Part shown: positions 11,898-19,889 of the stretch, in pieces | How the letters are laid out: every line of letters begins with the position of its first letter | How positions within the stretch are numbered: the stretch's first letter is position 1 | Assembly: GCF_001457595.1 (NCBI RefSeq) | Contig: NZ_LN831039.1 | Location: 4,050,001 to 4,082,000 of the forward strand | Source of the DNA: Mycolicibacterium smegmatis | GTDB taxonomy: Bacteria; Actinomycetota; Actinomycetes; Mycobacteriales; Mycobacteriaceae | Direction: 5' to 3' | Length of the DNA stretch: 32,000 nt | The notes under the pieces: model-generated | What the model saw: only the letters and a program-made list of their open reading frames with translations | Database searches by the model: none | Told to the model about the DNA's origin: nothing | Program-made: the position numbers and the translations under genes

Positions 11898-12405
11898 CGA
11901 GCGCGGTGAGGACTCGCCAAGCCGGCGCGGCGGTCGCCGCGTGATCGAGCGCCTCCACGATTGAGGCACCGTCCAGGTCGTCCCGTTGCAACCGCATGAT
12001 GCGGTCCGCTGCGACGGCGTCATCGGTGAAGTTCGCCAGCAGCTCGAGGATGCGCGGCAGGTCGGCGCGGAGCCGTCCGCCGTCGAACTGCCACGCCGGG
12101 AACCAGGTCTTGTTACCCACCGCGGCGCCGATCAGCCGTTTGCGCGTGCGGAGCCGATGCACTGCCTGCGGTGTCGCGTATCCGAGTCGTTCTTGCACAT
12201 CGGCGGTCGACAGCGCGCCGTCGATGAACTCCTCGATCAGAGCAGTCCGGCGCTGGTCGTTGAGGGCGCGCGCGGCCGAGCGTTCCAAGGTGCCCTGCGG
12301 GCCCGTCGGTGCGTCTCGCAGGGCGTCGAGGACCCGCACAAAACGCGCGTCGCGACGGGCCCGGGCCTCGATGTCTCGGACCAGCGGGGTTACGGCTGCG
12401 GTCAT
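11890..12405 (-). CDS. Probable antitoxin partner of the RES protein (HTH-like, MbcA/ParS-type C-terminal region)
   Basis: Immediately upstream of and overlapping the RES gene; VQERLGYATPQAVHRLRTRKRLIGAAVGNKTWFPAWQFDGGRLRADLPRILELL resembles antitoxins paired with RES toxins. ATG at 12405 is preferred. Confidence 0.68.
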   Translation of the reverse strand: MTAAVTPLVRDIEARARRDARFVRVLDALRDAPTGPQGTLERSAARALNDQRRTALIEEFIDGALSTADVQERLGYATPQAVHRLRTRKRLIGAAVGNKTWFPAWQFDGGRLRADLPRILELLANFTDDAVAADRIMRLQRDDLDGASIVEALDHAATAAPAWRVLTALGA

Positions 12406-12505
12406 GAGACCAACAGTACCCGTCACGAGATCGAGTTGAAACAATTGAAACACCGCGCGGCTCGGAGCTGGCACTGCACCCCAGGGCGTGTACAAGCTGA
12501 GGTGC

Positions 12506-12541
12506 GCCGACCTGTGGCCCCTCCCGCGAGTAAAGGTCGGC
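12506..12541. repeat. Inverted repeat GCCGACCT-N20-AGGTCGGC in the intergenic region between the antitoxin and the 12.7-kb operon
   Basis: Perfect 8-bp arms read directly from the sequence. Confidence 0.6.
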
Positions 12542-12700
12542 GGAGGTCACCACTTGTTGTGATCGGTAGCACTTGTCATGGGTCATTATGGACAGACAGA
12601 TTGGGGTCGCACACCCCGCTGACGGCGAGTGAGCTGGTCGGAACAACGACAACCACGACCGCACCGTGGCGATTCCTCACCCGCCGGGAAGGGACGCGAC

Positions 12701-13531
12701 ATGCGCCAGCACCACCCGACGGGCTCGAAACCCACCGACTCGGCAACCATTTGGGCCACGCTCGCTACATCATCGCCGGCCCGTGTCGCCCGTCCTCGCG
12801 ATGTTCCCCGCCCGGAGTCGGTCGAGGAAGTCGCTGGGTGGGCGGGCAGCGAGGATCTGCGCCGCACTGAGCTGGTCTACGCGCCGGTGTTCTGGGTGCT
12901 CCTCCCCCTCGCCGCCATCGCGTTCCTTACCCATCAGGCGATCACGGACCCGACGGGTGCGGGGTGGAGCATCACGATCAACGGCGCGAGCCGCGACTCC
13001 TGGCCGGTCTGGGTGCCGTGGCTCGCGTGGATCGGCGTCAGTGTCTGGCTGCTCATCGCTGTCGGCGTCCTGCTCCTGCGCCTCAGCATCCTCCGAGATC
13101 TGCGGGACCAGAACGAGTGGATTTTCGAGCACGGCGTCGCGCACTCGATCCACCGTGCATCGGTGGATTACGAAGGCGAAGCGAGCTGGTCGACTTACAT
13201 CGCCCTCGACCACCGCCTCGATGACCGGCAGGCCGCACGGATCCACGCCGCGTTCGAGCAGTGGCTCTCGCAGGCAGGACTGCCGCCATCGGGCTCGAAG
13301 CCGATCGCCTCGACGACACTGTTCGGTGCGCAGGCGAAGGGCGGCTACTTCATCCTCCACCTGCCGGTATCCCAGACGGCCGGCGCCACCGCCGAACACG
13401 AGTGGATGCTCATCACCGAGCCACAGGCCGACGAGAGCGATGTGATCGTCACGCCGGTGCCTGTCCCGAAACGACTGCAGAAGATCCGCCGCAAGCTCCG
13501 TCGGAGAGCAGAACGCATGGGCACGTCATGA
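12701..13531 (+). CDS. Hypothetical membrane protein, first gene of the overlapping operon
   Basis: Two predicted TM segments (YAPVFWVLLPLAAIAFLTHQAI; WVPWLAWIGVSVWLLIAVGVLLLRL) followed by a soluble domain. ATG at 12701 chosen. Confidence 0.7.
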   Translation: MRQHHPTGSKPTDSATIWATLATSSPARVARPRDVPRPESVEEVAGWAGSEDLRRTELVYAPVFWVLLPLAAIAFLTHQAITDPTGAGWSITINGASRDSWPVWVPWLAWIGVSVWLLIAVGVLLLRLSILRDLRDQNEWIFEHGVAHSIHRASVDYEGEASWSTYIALDHRLDDRQAARIHAAFEQWLSQAGLPPSGSKPIASTTLFGAQAKGGYFILHLPVSQTAGATAEHEWMLITEPQADESDVIVTPVPVPKRLQKIRRKLRRRAERMGTS

Positions 13532-14148
13532 GTGGGTTCCGGATGATCACGCTGCGGAGCCTGACCGGCCCTGGTCCGCAGACCAGGGAATGGATGGCTC
13601 GGGCACGTACCCCGGAGACTCGCGCGGAGATTCGTCGGTGGTCACGGTGGGAGACGACGTCGGCGTGCCTTCTACTTGTCGGCGCGGCCTGTGGAGGCGC
13701 GACGCCGCTGAGCGGTCTGGGGCTCGCCGCCTGGCATGTCGTGCACGGCGACGCCCCGTGGCTGTGGTGGCTCCTCGGATCCCTCGCGATCACAGCGCTT
13801 TTCCTGATGGCCGGTTCGTGGCTGGGCTCCTACTCAAGCGACCGACGTTTGACGGTGCTCTATGCCGACGGACACGTCTCTATCGGGCGTCTCGACAAGG
13901 TCATCACCCAGCCGGGCGGCGGTGATGAGCAGACCAGCTACGACTTCGCCATCAGCGCAGAACTCTCCGATGGCGTCGTCCTGCACCGCGAGCTGCACTG
14001 GGGCGAGGACAGCAGCCTGCTCTACCCAGAGCGTTGGGTCCGCCGCACGATCCGGTTCCGCCACAACACCCTCGATCCGAATAACCTCGGGGATGTGCTG
14101 TTTGACGGCTGGGTGAGCGCGGACAACGGAGGCGCTCGTGACCGATGA
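13528..14148 (+). CDS. Membrane protein with two TMs plus C-terminal repeated-domain copy (FRHNTLDPNNL)
   Basis: ATGA overlap with the previous gene; VLYADGHVSIGRLDKVI...YDFAISAELSDGVVLHRELHWGED...RRTIRFRHNTLDPNNLGDVLFDGWV. Confidence 0.75.
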   Translation: MSGFRMITLRSLTGPGPQTREWMARARTPETRAEIRRWSRWETTSACLLLVGAACGGATPLSGLGLAAWHVVHGDAPWLWWLLGSLAITALFLMAGSWLGSYSSDRRLTVLYADGHVSIGRLDKVITQPGGGDEQTSYDFAISAELSDGVVLHRELHWGEDSSLLYPERWVRRTIRFRHNTLDPNNLGDVLFDGWVSADNGGARDR

Positions 14149-14521
14149 GTACGCAGAGTTCTGGGCCAGCCGGACGAACACATCACGGACCCTGGCACGG
14201 ATCCGCCTTCTATCAAGACTCGATGAGGCGAAGTTCGCAGACGGGCACTGTTCGGTCGGGGTGATCGACGCCGTCATGTCCAGAGAAGGCACTGACGGGC
14301 AACGTTTCACCACGACCCGCTACACGCTCACGGTGACGGCTGTACTCCCCGAAGCGACCACGATCCGCCGCCATATCGACTGGGGTGTCGGCGACTCGCG
14401 GGGTCGCGACAACACCTGGGCGGGGCGGCGGATCAGTTTCCGCCACAACTCCCGAGACCCGGACGACCTCGCCGACGAGCAGGCCGCCGGTCGGCCCGAC
14501 GGTGATGCGGAGCGATCATGA
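14138..14521 (+). CDS. Small soluble protein consisting of a repeated-domain copy (FRHNSRDPDDL)
   Basis: GTG start overlapping the previous gene by 11 nt; AKFADGHCSVGVIDAVM...YTLTVTAVLPEATTIRRHIDWGVGDSRGRDNTWAGRRISFRHNSRDPDDLAD. Confidence 0.7.
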   Translation: MTDEYAEFWASRTNTSRTLARIRLLSRLDEAKFADGHCSVGVIDAVMSREGTDGQRFTTTRYTLTVTAVLPEATTIRRHIDWGVGDSRGRDNTWAGRRISFRHNSRDPDDLADEQAAGRPDGDAERS

Positions 14522-15162
14522 CCGGCAACGATCACAAGGAGCCGCTGCTCGTACGTACCGCAGAGAAGCTACTCGTCGGCTCGGGACCGCAGGCACCGTT
14601 CCTCGTCCGCCACGACTGGGCGATCCCGGCCATCGTGTTCGGCGGATGCGGCCTCTTCATGGTCCTAGCGCTGATCGCGAGTTTTCAGGGATGGGGCCCG
14701 GTGCTGATGTGGATCGTCATCGGGATCGGCGCGCTCTGCGTCGTACTGACGGTGCCCACGTTCGTCCAGATGTTCCGAGCAACCCGCGGTCCGCTGCCCG
14801 CGCTCGACCGGACCCCGCGAACAGCCAGGGTGGTCCTGCACGCAGACGACGCCGAGGGTGGGCAGACGATCCTCGTCGAATATCGCGATGCCGCAGGGGA
14901 AGGGCACGACGCGCAGCTCGCCGATGTCATCCACGAGTCTTGGGAAAAGCGGTTCTCTCCCGGCTCACGGTGGCAGGTCTACGCGTTCCGCGACCCCGAG
15001 CTCACCGACACTGTCGTGTTTCTCACCGAGGTCCACGACGATGTCTGGCGCGACGGGTGGAAGCTCGACGGGGTCCGCATCGGCGGCGAAGGCGGACCGG
15101 TCAAACCCGGCCCAGGATCCCCGTTCCTGCGTACAGGCTCGAAGTGGGAGTTCGCGTCATGA
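14518..15162 (+). CDS. Membrane protein, second operon-specific family (copy 1)
   Basis: ATGA overlap; LPALDRTPRTARV...ILVEYRDAAGEGHDAQLADVIHESWEKRFSPGSRWQVYAFRDPELTDTVVFLTEVHDDVWRDGW...PGSPFLRTGSKWEFAS. Confidence 0.75.
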   Translation: MTGNDHKEPLLVRTAEKLLVGSGPQAPFLVRHDWAIPAIVFGGCGLFMVLALIASFQGWGPVLMWIVIGIGALCVVLTVPTFVQMFRATRGPLPALDRTPRTARVVLHADDAEGGQTILVEYRDAAGEGHDAQLADVIHESWEKRFSPGSRWQVYAFRDPELTDTVVFLTEVHDDVWRDGWKLDGVRIGGEGGPVKPGPGSPFLRTGSKWEFAS

Positions 15163-15781
15163 CCGCCACACCGCAGAGCCGCCAACCACAGCGGAAGCAG
15201 GGATCCGACGGTTCGATCTGGACCGACGGGGGAACCTGGTTCGGGCTGTTCCTTATCAGCTCGGTCCTGCTGGGCTGGGGCATCTTGTCCTTGCCGTTCG
15301 ACGGGGTCGTCCGCGGCGTGATGCTGTTCTTCGCCGTTATCGTGGCCGCGGTCGCCTGCGGCGTCGGGTGGCTCGAGACGATGTCGAACATGCCACTGCC
15401 TGCGCTGGACCACACCCCCCGCGTGGCACGTGTACGCGAGATCCGCGATGGGACCAACCCGACACCACAGCGGAAGCGGAGACGAAAAAGGTCATCGTCG
15501 ATTACGACGGAGCCGACGGGAAGACACACACAGCCTGGCTGGGCGATCTCATCAACGAGGCGTCGATCAACCGGTTCACTCCCAAGAGTCTGTGGCAGGT
15601 GTACGCCTTCGCCAACCCAGACCTCGCCGACACCATGGTCCTGCTCACCGAAAGGCATGACGACGTGTGGCGCGGCGGCTTCATGATCACGGGTCTGCAC
15701 GGCGATTTCGCATTCTCCGAAATTCGGCAGTCGGCACCAGGATCGCCGTTCCTCGATGGAAAGCGCAGGTTCGCCTCATGA
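15159..15781 (+). CDS. Membrane protein, second operon-specific family (copy 2), interrupted by a -1 frame change near 15485-15490
   Basis: N-terminal half in frame of 15159 (MTATPQSRQPQRKQGSDG...LPALDHTPRVARVREI); C-terminal half KKVIVDYDGADGKTHTAWLGDLINEASINRFTPKSLWQVYAFANPDLADTMVLLTERHDDVWRGGF...PGSPFLDGKRRFAS in the -1 frame, ending at 15781. Colinear with copy 1 at 14518-15162. Confidence 0.65.
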
Positions 15782-16326
15782 ACCGCCGCACCACAGCGTG
15801 GATGGCCCTGGCGCGGACGCCCGAGACCCGGGCACGGATCCGCCGGTGGGCGTTACTCAAGCGCGTCTTCTTCGGGCTGGCCGGCCTGGGTTCGACGGCG
15901 TCGGTGACCATCATCGTCGTGGCGGCGATCCGCGAATTCCTCGGGGAGCCGGCCCCGTGGTGGGTCTTCCTCGCAGCCCTCGCTGTACTCGTGGTTTCGA
16001 TCCTCCCGTGGTGCCTCGCCTCGTTAAGGCTCGACGTCGCTCGGTATGCCGACGGCGAGGAAACTGTCGGCACCATCACCAAGATCGTCGTCGATGAGGA
16101 CACGGATCCAGAGGCGTTGCCCGCATACGACATCACGATCGCAGCCAGGCTTCCCGCTGGGGGCATCCATCGCACCTGCCGAGTGTCTGAGCGCACGGCG
16201 CCGAAGCCTGGACAGAGGGTCCGGTTCCGCCACAACACCGGTGATCCGGACGACCTTGAGGATGTGCTGTTCCTCGGATTCGTCGATGCGCCGAACACCG
16301 CACAGCGAGGAACGATGAATCCATGA
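15778..16326 (+). CDS. Membrane protein with two TMs plus repeated-domain copy (FRHNTGDPDDL), paralog of 13528-14148
   Basis: ATGA overlap; shared LARTPETRARIRRW start motif; ARYADGEETVGTITKIVV...YDITIAARLPAGGIHRTCRV...GQRVRFRHNTGDPDDLEDVLFLGFV. Confidence 0.75.
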   Translation: MNRRTTAWMALARTPETRARIRRWALLKRVFFGLAGLGSTASVTIIVVAAIREFLGEPAPWWVFLAALAVLVVSILPWCLASLRLDVARYADGEETVGTITKIVVDEDTDPEALPAYDITIAARLPAGGIHRTCRVSERTAPKPGQRVRFRHNTGDPDDLEDVLFLGFVDAPNTAQRGTMNP

Positions 16327-17051
16327 CCGAACGACACGCCGAGAAAAAGCCGCCCCTGTTGCGGCGGGTGTGGGAGGCGATCATCGGTGAGTTCACTCCG
16401 CCGTCGACGCCGCGCCCGACCCCGAGTGAGGCGGAGTTCGCCGAGGGATATCTTGCGGTCGGAATGATCAATGACGCGATCGAGGACGGCCCTGGTGGCG
16501 ACGTGCAGGGGCCTGACAAGCTCGTCATCAGCGCCGACATCCCCGGGCACGGAACCATCTACCGAACGAGGTCATGCCCGCTGTCGATGCCCGGCAGCGG
16601 CCTAAAACTCATCGGACACAGTATTCGATTCCGCCACACCACTTTCGACCCGGACTACAGCAACGACATCCAGGTGACACGGTGGCCACCCGAGGTCAGG
16701 AAGGCCCTGGAGCCGGTCCGCTACGAGGGCCCGGGTGCTCTGCGTGCGCGCGCGTGGGGCTTGCTCGCCGGTTGCAACTTCCTCGTCATGTGGGCCGGGA
16801 TCGCGCTCACACCGATCCTGCTGTGCGGCATCATCTTCGGCGGCGACATGTTCACCGACCTCCCCGCGTGGTTCCACCCCGGCGTCGCGCTCGCATCGAG
16901 CGTCGGCGCGGTACCGCTGGGGTTGTTTCTGGTCGCCGTCTGCAACGTGCACAGAGATGCCGCACTCTCCCGCACCAGATCCCGGAGGAGCCCGGGACAT
17001 GAAACGCGCAGTTCGTCGAGCGGGATCGCCGACGATGAGCCTTGCGGCTAG
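16323..17051 (+). CDS. Protein with N-terminal repeated-domain copy (FRHTTFDPDYS) and C-terminal TM segments
   Basis: ATGA overlap; AEFAEGYLAVGMINDAIED...LVISADIPGHGTIYRTR...GHSIRFRHTTFDPDYSND then TMs LLAGCNFLVMWAGIALTPILLCGIIF and VALASSVGAVPLGLFLVAVC. Confidence 0.7.
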   Translation: MTERHAEKKPPLLRRVWEAIIGEFTPPSTPRPTPSEAEFAEGYLAVGMINDAIEDGPGGDVQGPDKLVISADIPGHGTIYRTRSCPLSMPGSGLKLIGHSIRFRHTTFDPDYSNDIQVTRWPPEVRKALEPVRYEGPGALRARAWGLLAGCNFLVMWAGIALTPILLCGIIFGGDMFTDLPAWFHPGVALASSVGAVPLGLFLVAVCNVHRDAALSRTRSRRSPGHETRSSSSGIADDEPCG

Positions 17052-17851
17052 AGCAGCTGCTCGGGCAGCGGGCCGCTGACATCGACGAACGGCCCCATCA
17101 CCCGTTCGAAGACCCCGGTGTCGACTTCGTCACCGGCGAGGTCGCGCATCAGGGCGGCGACGCCGAGCGTCCAGAACGGTCGCAGGTCGATGCCGGGCCC
17201 CTGCGGAGCAACGTGGTCGAGGTGCAAGACGAAGGCCCCAACTTGTTTGCGCAGATCGTCGGGAATCCTCGGCCCCCAGGAGTACAGCCGTTCCTCTGCT
17301 CGTTCCCAACCGTTGCCGTCGCTGCGGATGCCGTCCAGGACAGCGCGCGCTTCAAGCGTGCTCAACAGGCCAAGCCGGAAACAGACGGCGTCCCAGGCGG
17401 GATGGGCCGCTGATACGGTCGGTTCCATCAGGTTCGCGAGTTCGGCCGCGGAGGGCGGCGGGTACCGCGCCGCCAGGGCGCTCGTGCGCAGATTCCGGGC
17501 GTCCCGGATCGCCTGCAGATCGGCAGGCACGAGCGGCAAATCGGGGCCGCACGGCGGTTCGAGCAGGAGCACACGTCCGGGGTCGGCCCTGTCAACAATC
17601 ACTGGGACGTGCCAGCGCATGACCAGCCCCGTGAAGCTGCCGGGATCGGTGCCGCTACGCAGCTCCGCTCGGTATGAGGCTCCACCCGGCGGCTGAACCT
17701 CAACCACCGCCGAGCAGCGATCGGATTCGAGCACCAGAGCCCGCGCGTACAGGGGCTCGACGAGGTCTGGTGCGCCGACATCTGCGGGCATTGGGGCGCC
17801 GATTTCAGGCCCGGACGAGGCCATCCCACGCAGTCGATCCATCCAGCCCAC
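17048..17851 (-). CDS. Hypothetical protein, convergent with and overlapping the end of the operon
   Basis: Open 267-aa frame MGWMDRLRGMASSGPEIGAPMPADVGAPDLVEPLYARALVLESDRCSAVVEVQPPGGASYRAELRSG...; stop codons of both genes overlap. Confidence 0.65.
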   Translation of the reverse strand: MGWMDRLRGMASSGPEIGAPMPADVGAPDLVEPLYARALVLESDRCSAVVEVQPPGGASYRAELRSGTDPGSFTGLVMRWHVPVIVDRADPGRVLLLEPPCGPDLPLVPADLQAIRDARNLRTSALAARYPPPSAAELANLMEPTVSAAHPAWDAVCFRLGLLSTLEARAVLDGIRSDGNGWERAEERLYSWGPRIPDDLRKQVGAFVLHLDHVAPQGPGIDLRPFWTLGVAALMRDLAGDEVDTGVFERVMGPFVDVSGPLPEQLL

Positions 17852-18045
17852 ACGGCGACCTTAGCCGAGGGCGCCGCCGGGGTTCGCGAGCCGACCGACG
17901 AGCGCGTGCCCTTGACGCCCGCGAACCACGCGACGCCACCGGCGCATTGGTGTCCAGCCCTTATGTCATAAAACAACTCGCCCCGCAGCTGTATGTGCTC
18001 ACCGAGATCATCGACCCCCAACCGCACAACGAGTCCGGTAGCCCG

Positions 18046-18975
18046 TCAAGACCCTCCAGAAACCCGCACCGTGCCCTCAGGCGGCCTGGCCGCCACGATG
18101 AAGTCAGAAAACCGTTGTACCGCCTTGGTTTTACGTCGCTCACGCGACCAAGCCAGCACAGCGTGCCGAACTGCCGAAGGTTCCTCGAACGGCAGCACGA
18201 CGACCCCGTCGGTACCGGTCAACCGCACCGCGAGCTCACTGAGCACGCCGACGCCCAATCCAGAGCGCACCATCGACACCAGCGTGTGCGGGCTCGCGAC
18301 GCGCCTGCCGGCACCCACCTGCACATCGGCCGCGGCGAACAACGCGGCGATCTCCGGGGAAACACCTCGCGCGCCCGCACCACTACCAGGCGTGACGACA
18401 TCCTCGACTGCCAACTCGTCCAACGTCACCGACGACATCCGAGCCAGCCGATGAGTCGGCGGCACCAACAAGCGCAACGGCTCATCCCACAGCGGAACCC
18501 ACTGCAGTTCAGGGATGTTCGCGACATACGCCTGCGGCAAGATCGCCAGATCGGCCTCGTGGCGGTGCAGCATCTCGGGCAGCGTGGCCGTCGGCCCCTC
18601 CAGGACCTGCACCTCGATGTTGCGTTCGATCCTGCTGAACCGGTCGATCAACCGCGATGCGAAGGCGCCGGCCGCACTCGCCATGCACGCCAACCGTACG
18701 GTTCCGTAGGTCGTCCCGCGTAGCGCCGCCATCTCGGCGCGTGCGCTGTCGAGCGTCGCCAGCACGTCCTTCGCCCGCCCGAGAAAGATCTCGCCGGCCA
18801 CCGTCAGGCGTACGGGCCGCACGCTGCGGTCCACCAGCACGACGCCGAGTTCGTGCTCCAACTTCGCGACATGCTCGCTGACCCTCGACTGCACGCGACC
18901 GAGATCCTGCGCCGCGGCCAGAAACGCACCGCGTTCGGCGACCGCGACGAACGACGTCAGCCAGTCCACGTGCAC
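18046..18975 (-). CDS. LysR-family transcriptional regulator
   Basis: MHVDWLTSFVAVAERGAFLAAAQDLGRVQSRVSEHVAKLEHELGVVLVDRSVRPVRLTVAGEIFL is the LysR HTH, followed by an LTTR substrate-binding domain. Confidence 0.92.
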   Translation of the reverse strand: MHVDWLTSFVAVAERGAFLAAAQDLGRVQSRVSEHVAKLEHELGVVLVDRSVRPVRLTVAGEIFLGRAKDVLATLDSARAEMAALRGTTYGTVRLACMASAAGAFASRLIDRFSRIERNIEVQVLEGPTATLPEMLHRHEADLAILPQAYVANIPELQWVPLWDEPLRLLVPPTHRLARMSSVTLDELAVEDVVTPGSGAGARGVSPEIAALFAAADVQVGAGRRVASPHTLVSMVRSGLGVGVLSELAVRLTGTDGVVVLPFEEPSAVRHAVLAWSRERRKTKAVQRFSDFIVAARPPEGTVRVSGGS

Positions 18976-19090
18976 CGCTCCACACTATCCGAAAAACAGA
19001 TTGGAATTATCCGGATCGGCGTGGTTCATCCGGTCCGGCCCAGCCATACGCTCCCCAACGACAGTGACCCGACTCACAATGAGGAGAATC

Positions 19091-19876
19091 ATGACCGACC
19101 GAATCGATGGGACCACCCATGACCGAACCCGCTACCGCAACGCGATGGGACCGCGCGGCGTCATCGGGATCATGACTCCCGGCCCGAACGTGGTCGTCGA
19201 GAACGAGATGATGGACATGCGCCCGCCCGGCGTCATCAACGCAGTCGACCGCTATTACGTCCCCAACCAGTCGATCCGCGCCGACGACGACTGGACGATC
19301 ATCATGCGCCACGTCGCCGCCAACCTCGACGACTCGGTGCGCCGACTCAACGAGGCGCTCATCGACCATCTTGTCCTGGGGATGTCGTCGCAGAGCTTCA
19401 TGGGCGGAGTCGACGGCAGCTTCGCCCTGCTCGACCATCTGCGCGAAGCGTCCGGGGTCGACGTGTCAATGGGTGCGCAGGCGTCCGAAGCCGCACTCAA
19501 GGAAGTCGGCGCACGGCGACTCGCGCTCGTCACGCCCTATTACCCCGTGATCGAGAAGAATGCGGTGAGCTACTTCGAAGGCCGCGGCTTCGAGGTCGTC
19601 CACGTCGAAGGCCTCAAGTGCCGCAGCATCATCGAGGTCGCCTCCCAGGGAGAGGACCGTCTGCGCGACGCGGTCCGCATCGCCGACGAGCACCGTCCTG
19701 ACGCGATCATCCAGCTCGGCACCAATCTGCGTTTCGGGGCGCTGGCCCCGCGACTCGAGCAGGAGCTCGGCAAACCCGTCTGGGCCGTCGGCACCGTCAT
19801 CTACTGGCACGCACTACGCGCCATGGGGATCGACGACCAATACGAGGGCTTCGGCACACTGCTCGAAAAGCACTGA
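19091..19876 (+). CDS. Asp/Glu racemase-superfamily protein (maleate isomerase / arylmalonate decarboxylase-like)
   Basis: GPRGVIGIMTPGPNVVVENEM...DHLVLGMSSQSF...SMGAQASEAALKEVGARRLALVTPYYPVIEKNAVSYFEGRGFEV...HRPDAIIQLGTNLRFGALAPRLEQELGKPVWAVGTVIYWHALR. Confidence 0.82.
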   Translation: MTDRIDGTTHDRTRYRNAMGPRGVIGIMTPGPNVVVENEMMDMRPPGVINAVDRYYVPNQSIRADDDWTIIMRHVAANLDDSVRRLNEALIDHLVLGMSSQSFMGGVDGSFALLDHLREASGVDVSMGAQASEAALKEVGARRLALVTPYYPVIEKNAVSYFEGRGFEVVHVEGLKCRSIIEVASQGEDRLRDAVRIADEHRPDAIIQLGTNLRFGALAPRLEQELGKPVWAVGTVIYWHALRAMGIDDQYEGFGTLLEKH

Positions 19877-19889
19877 GGTCGAACCGCAC

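Noticed and set aside
14385-15686. 433-aa + strand ORF
   Set aside because: Composite of an out-of-frame reading of the 14518 gene plus the true N-terminal half of the 15159 gene; Arg-rich first half is spurious.
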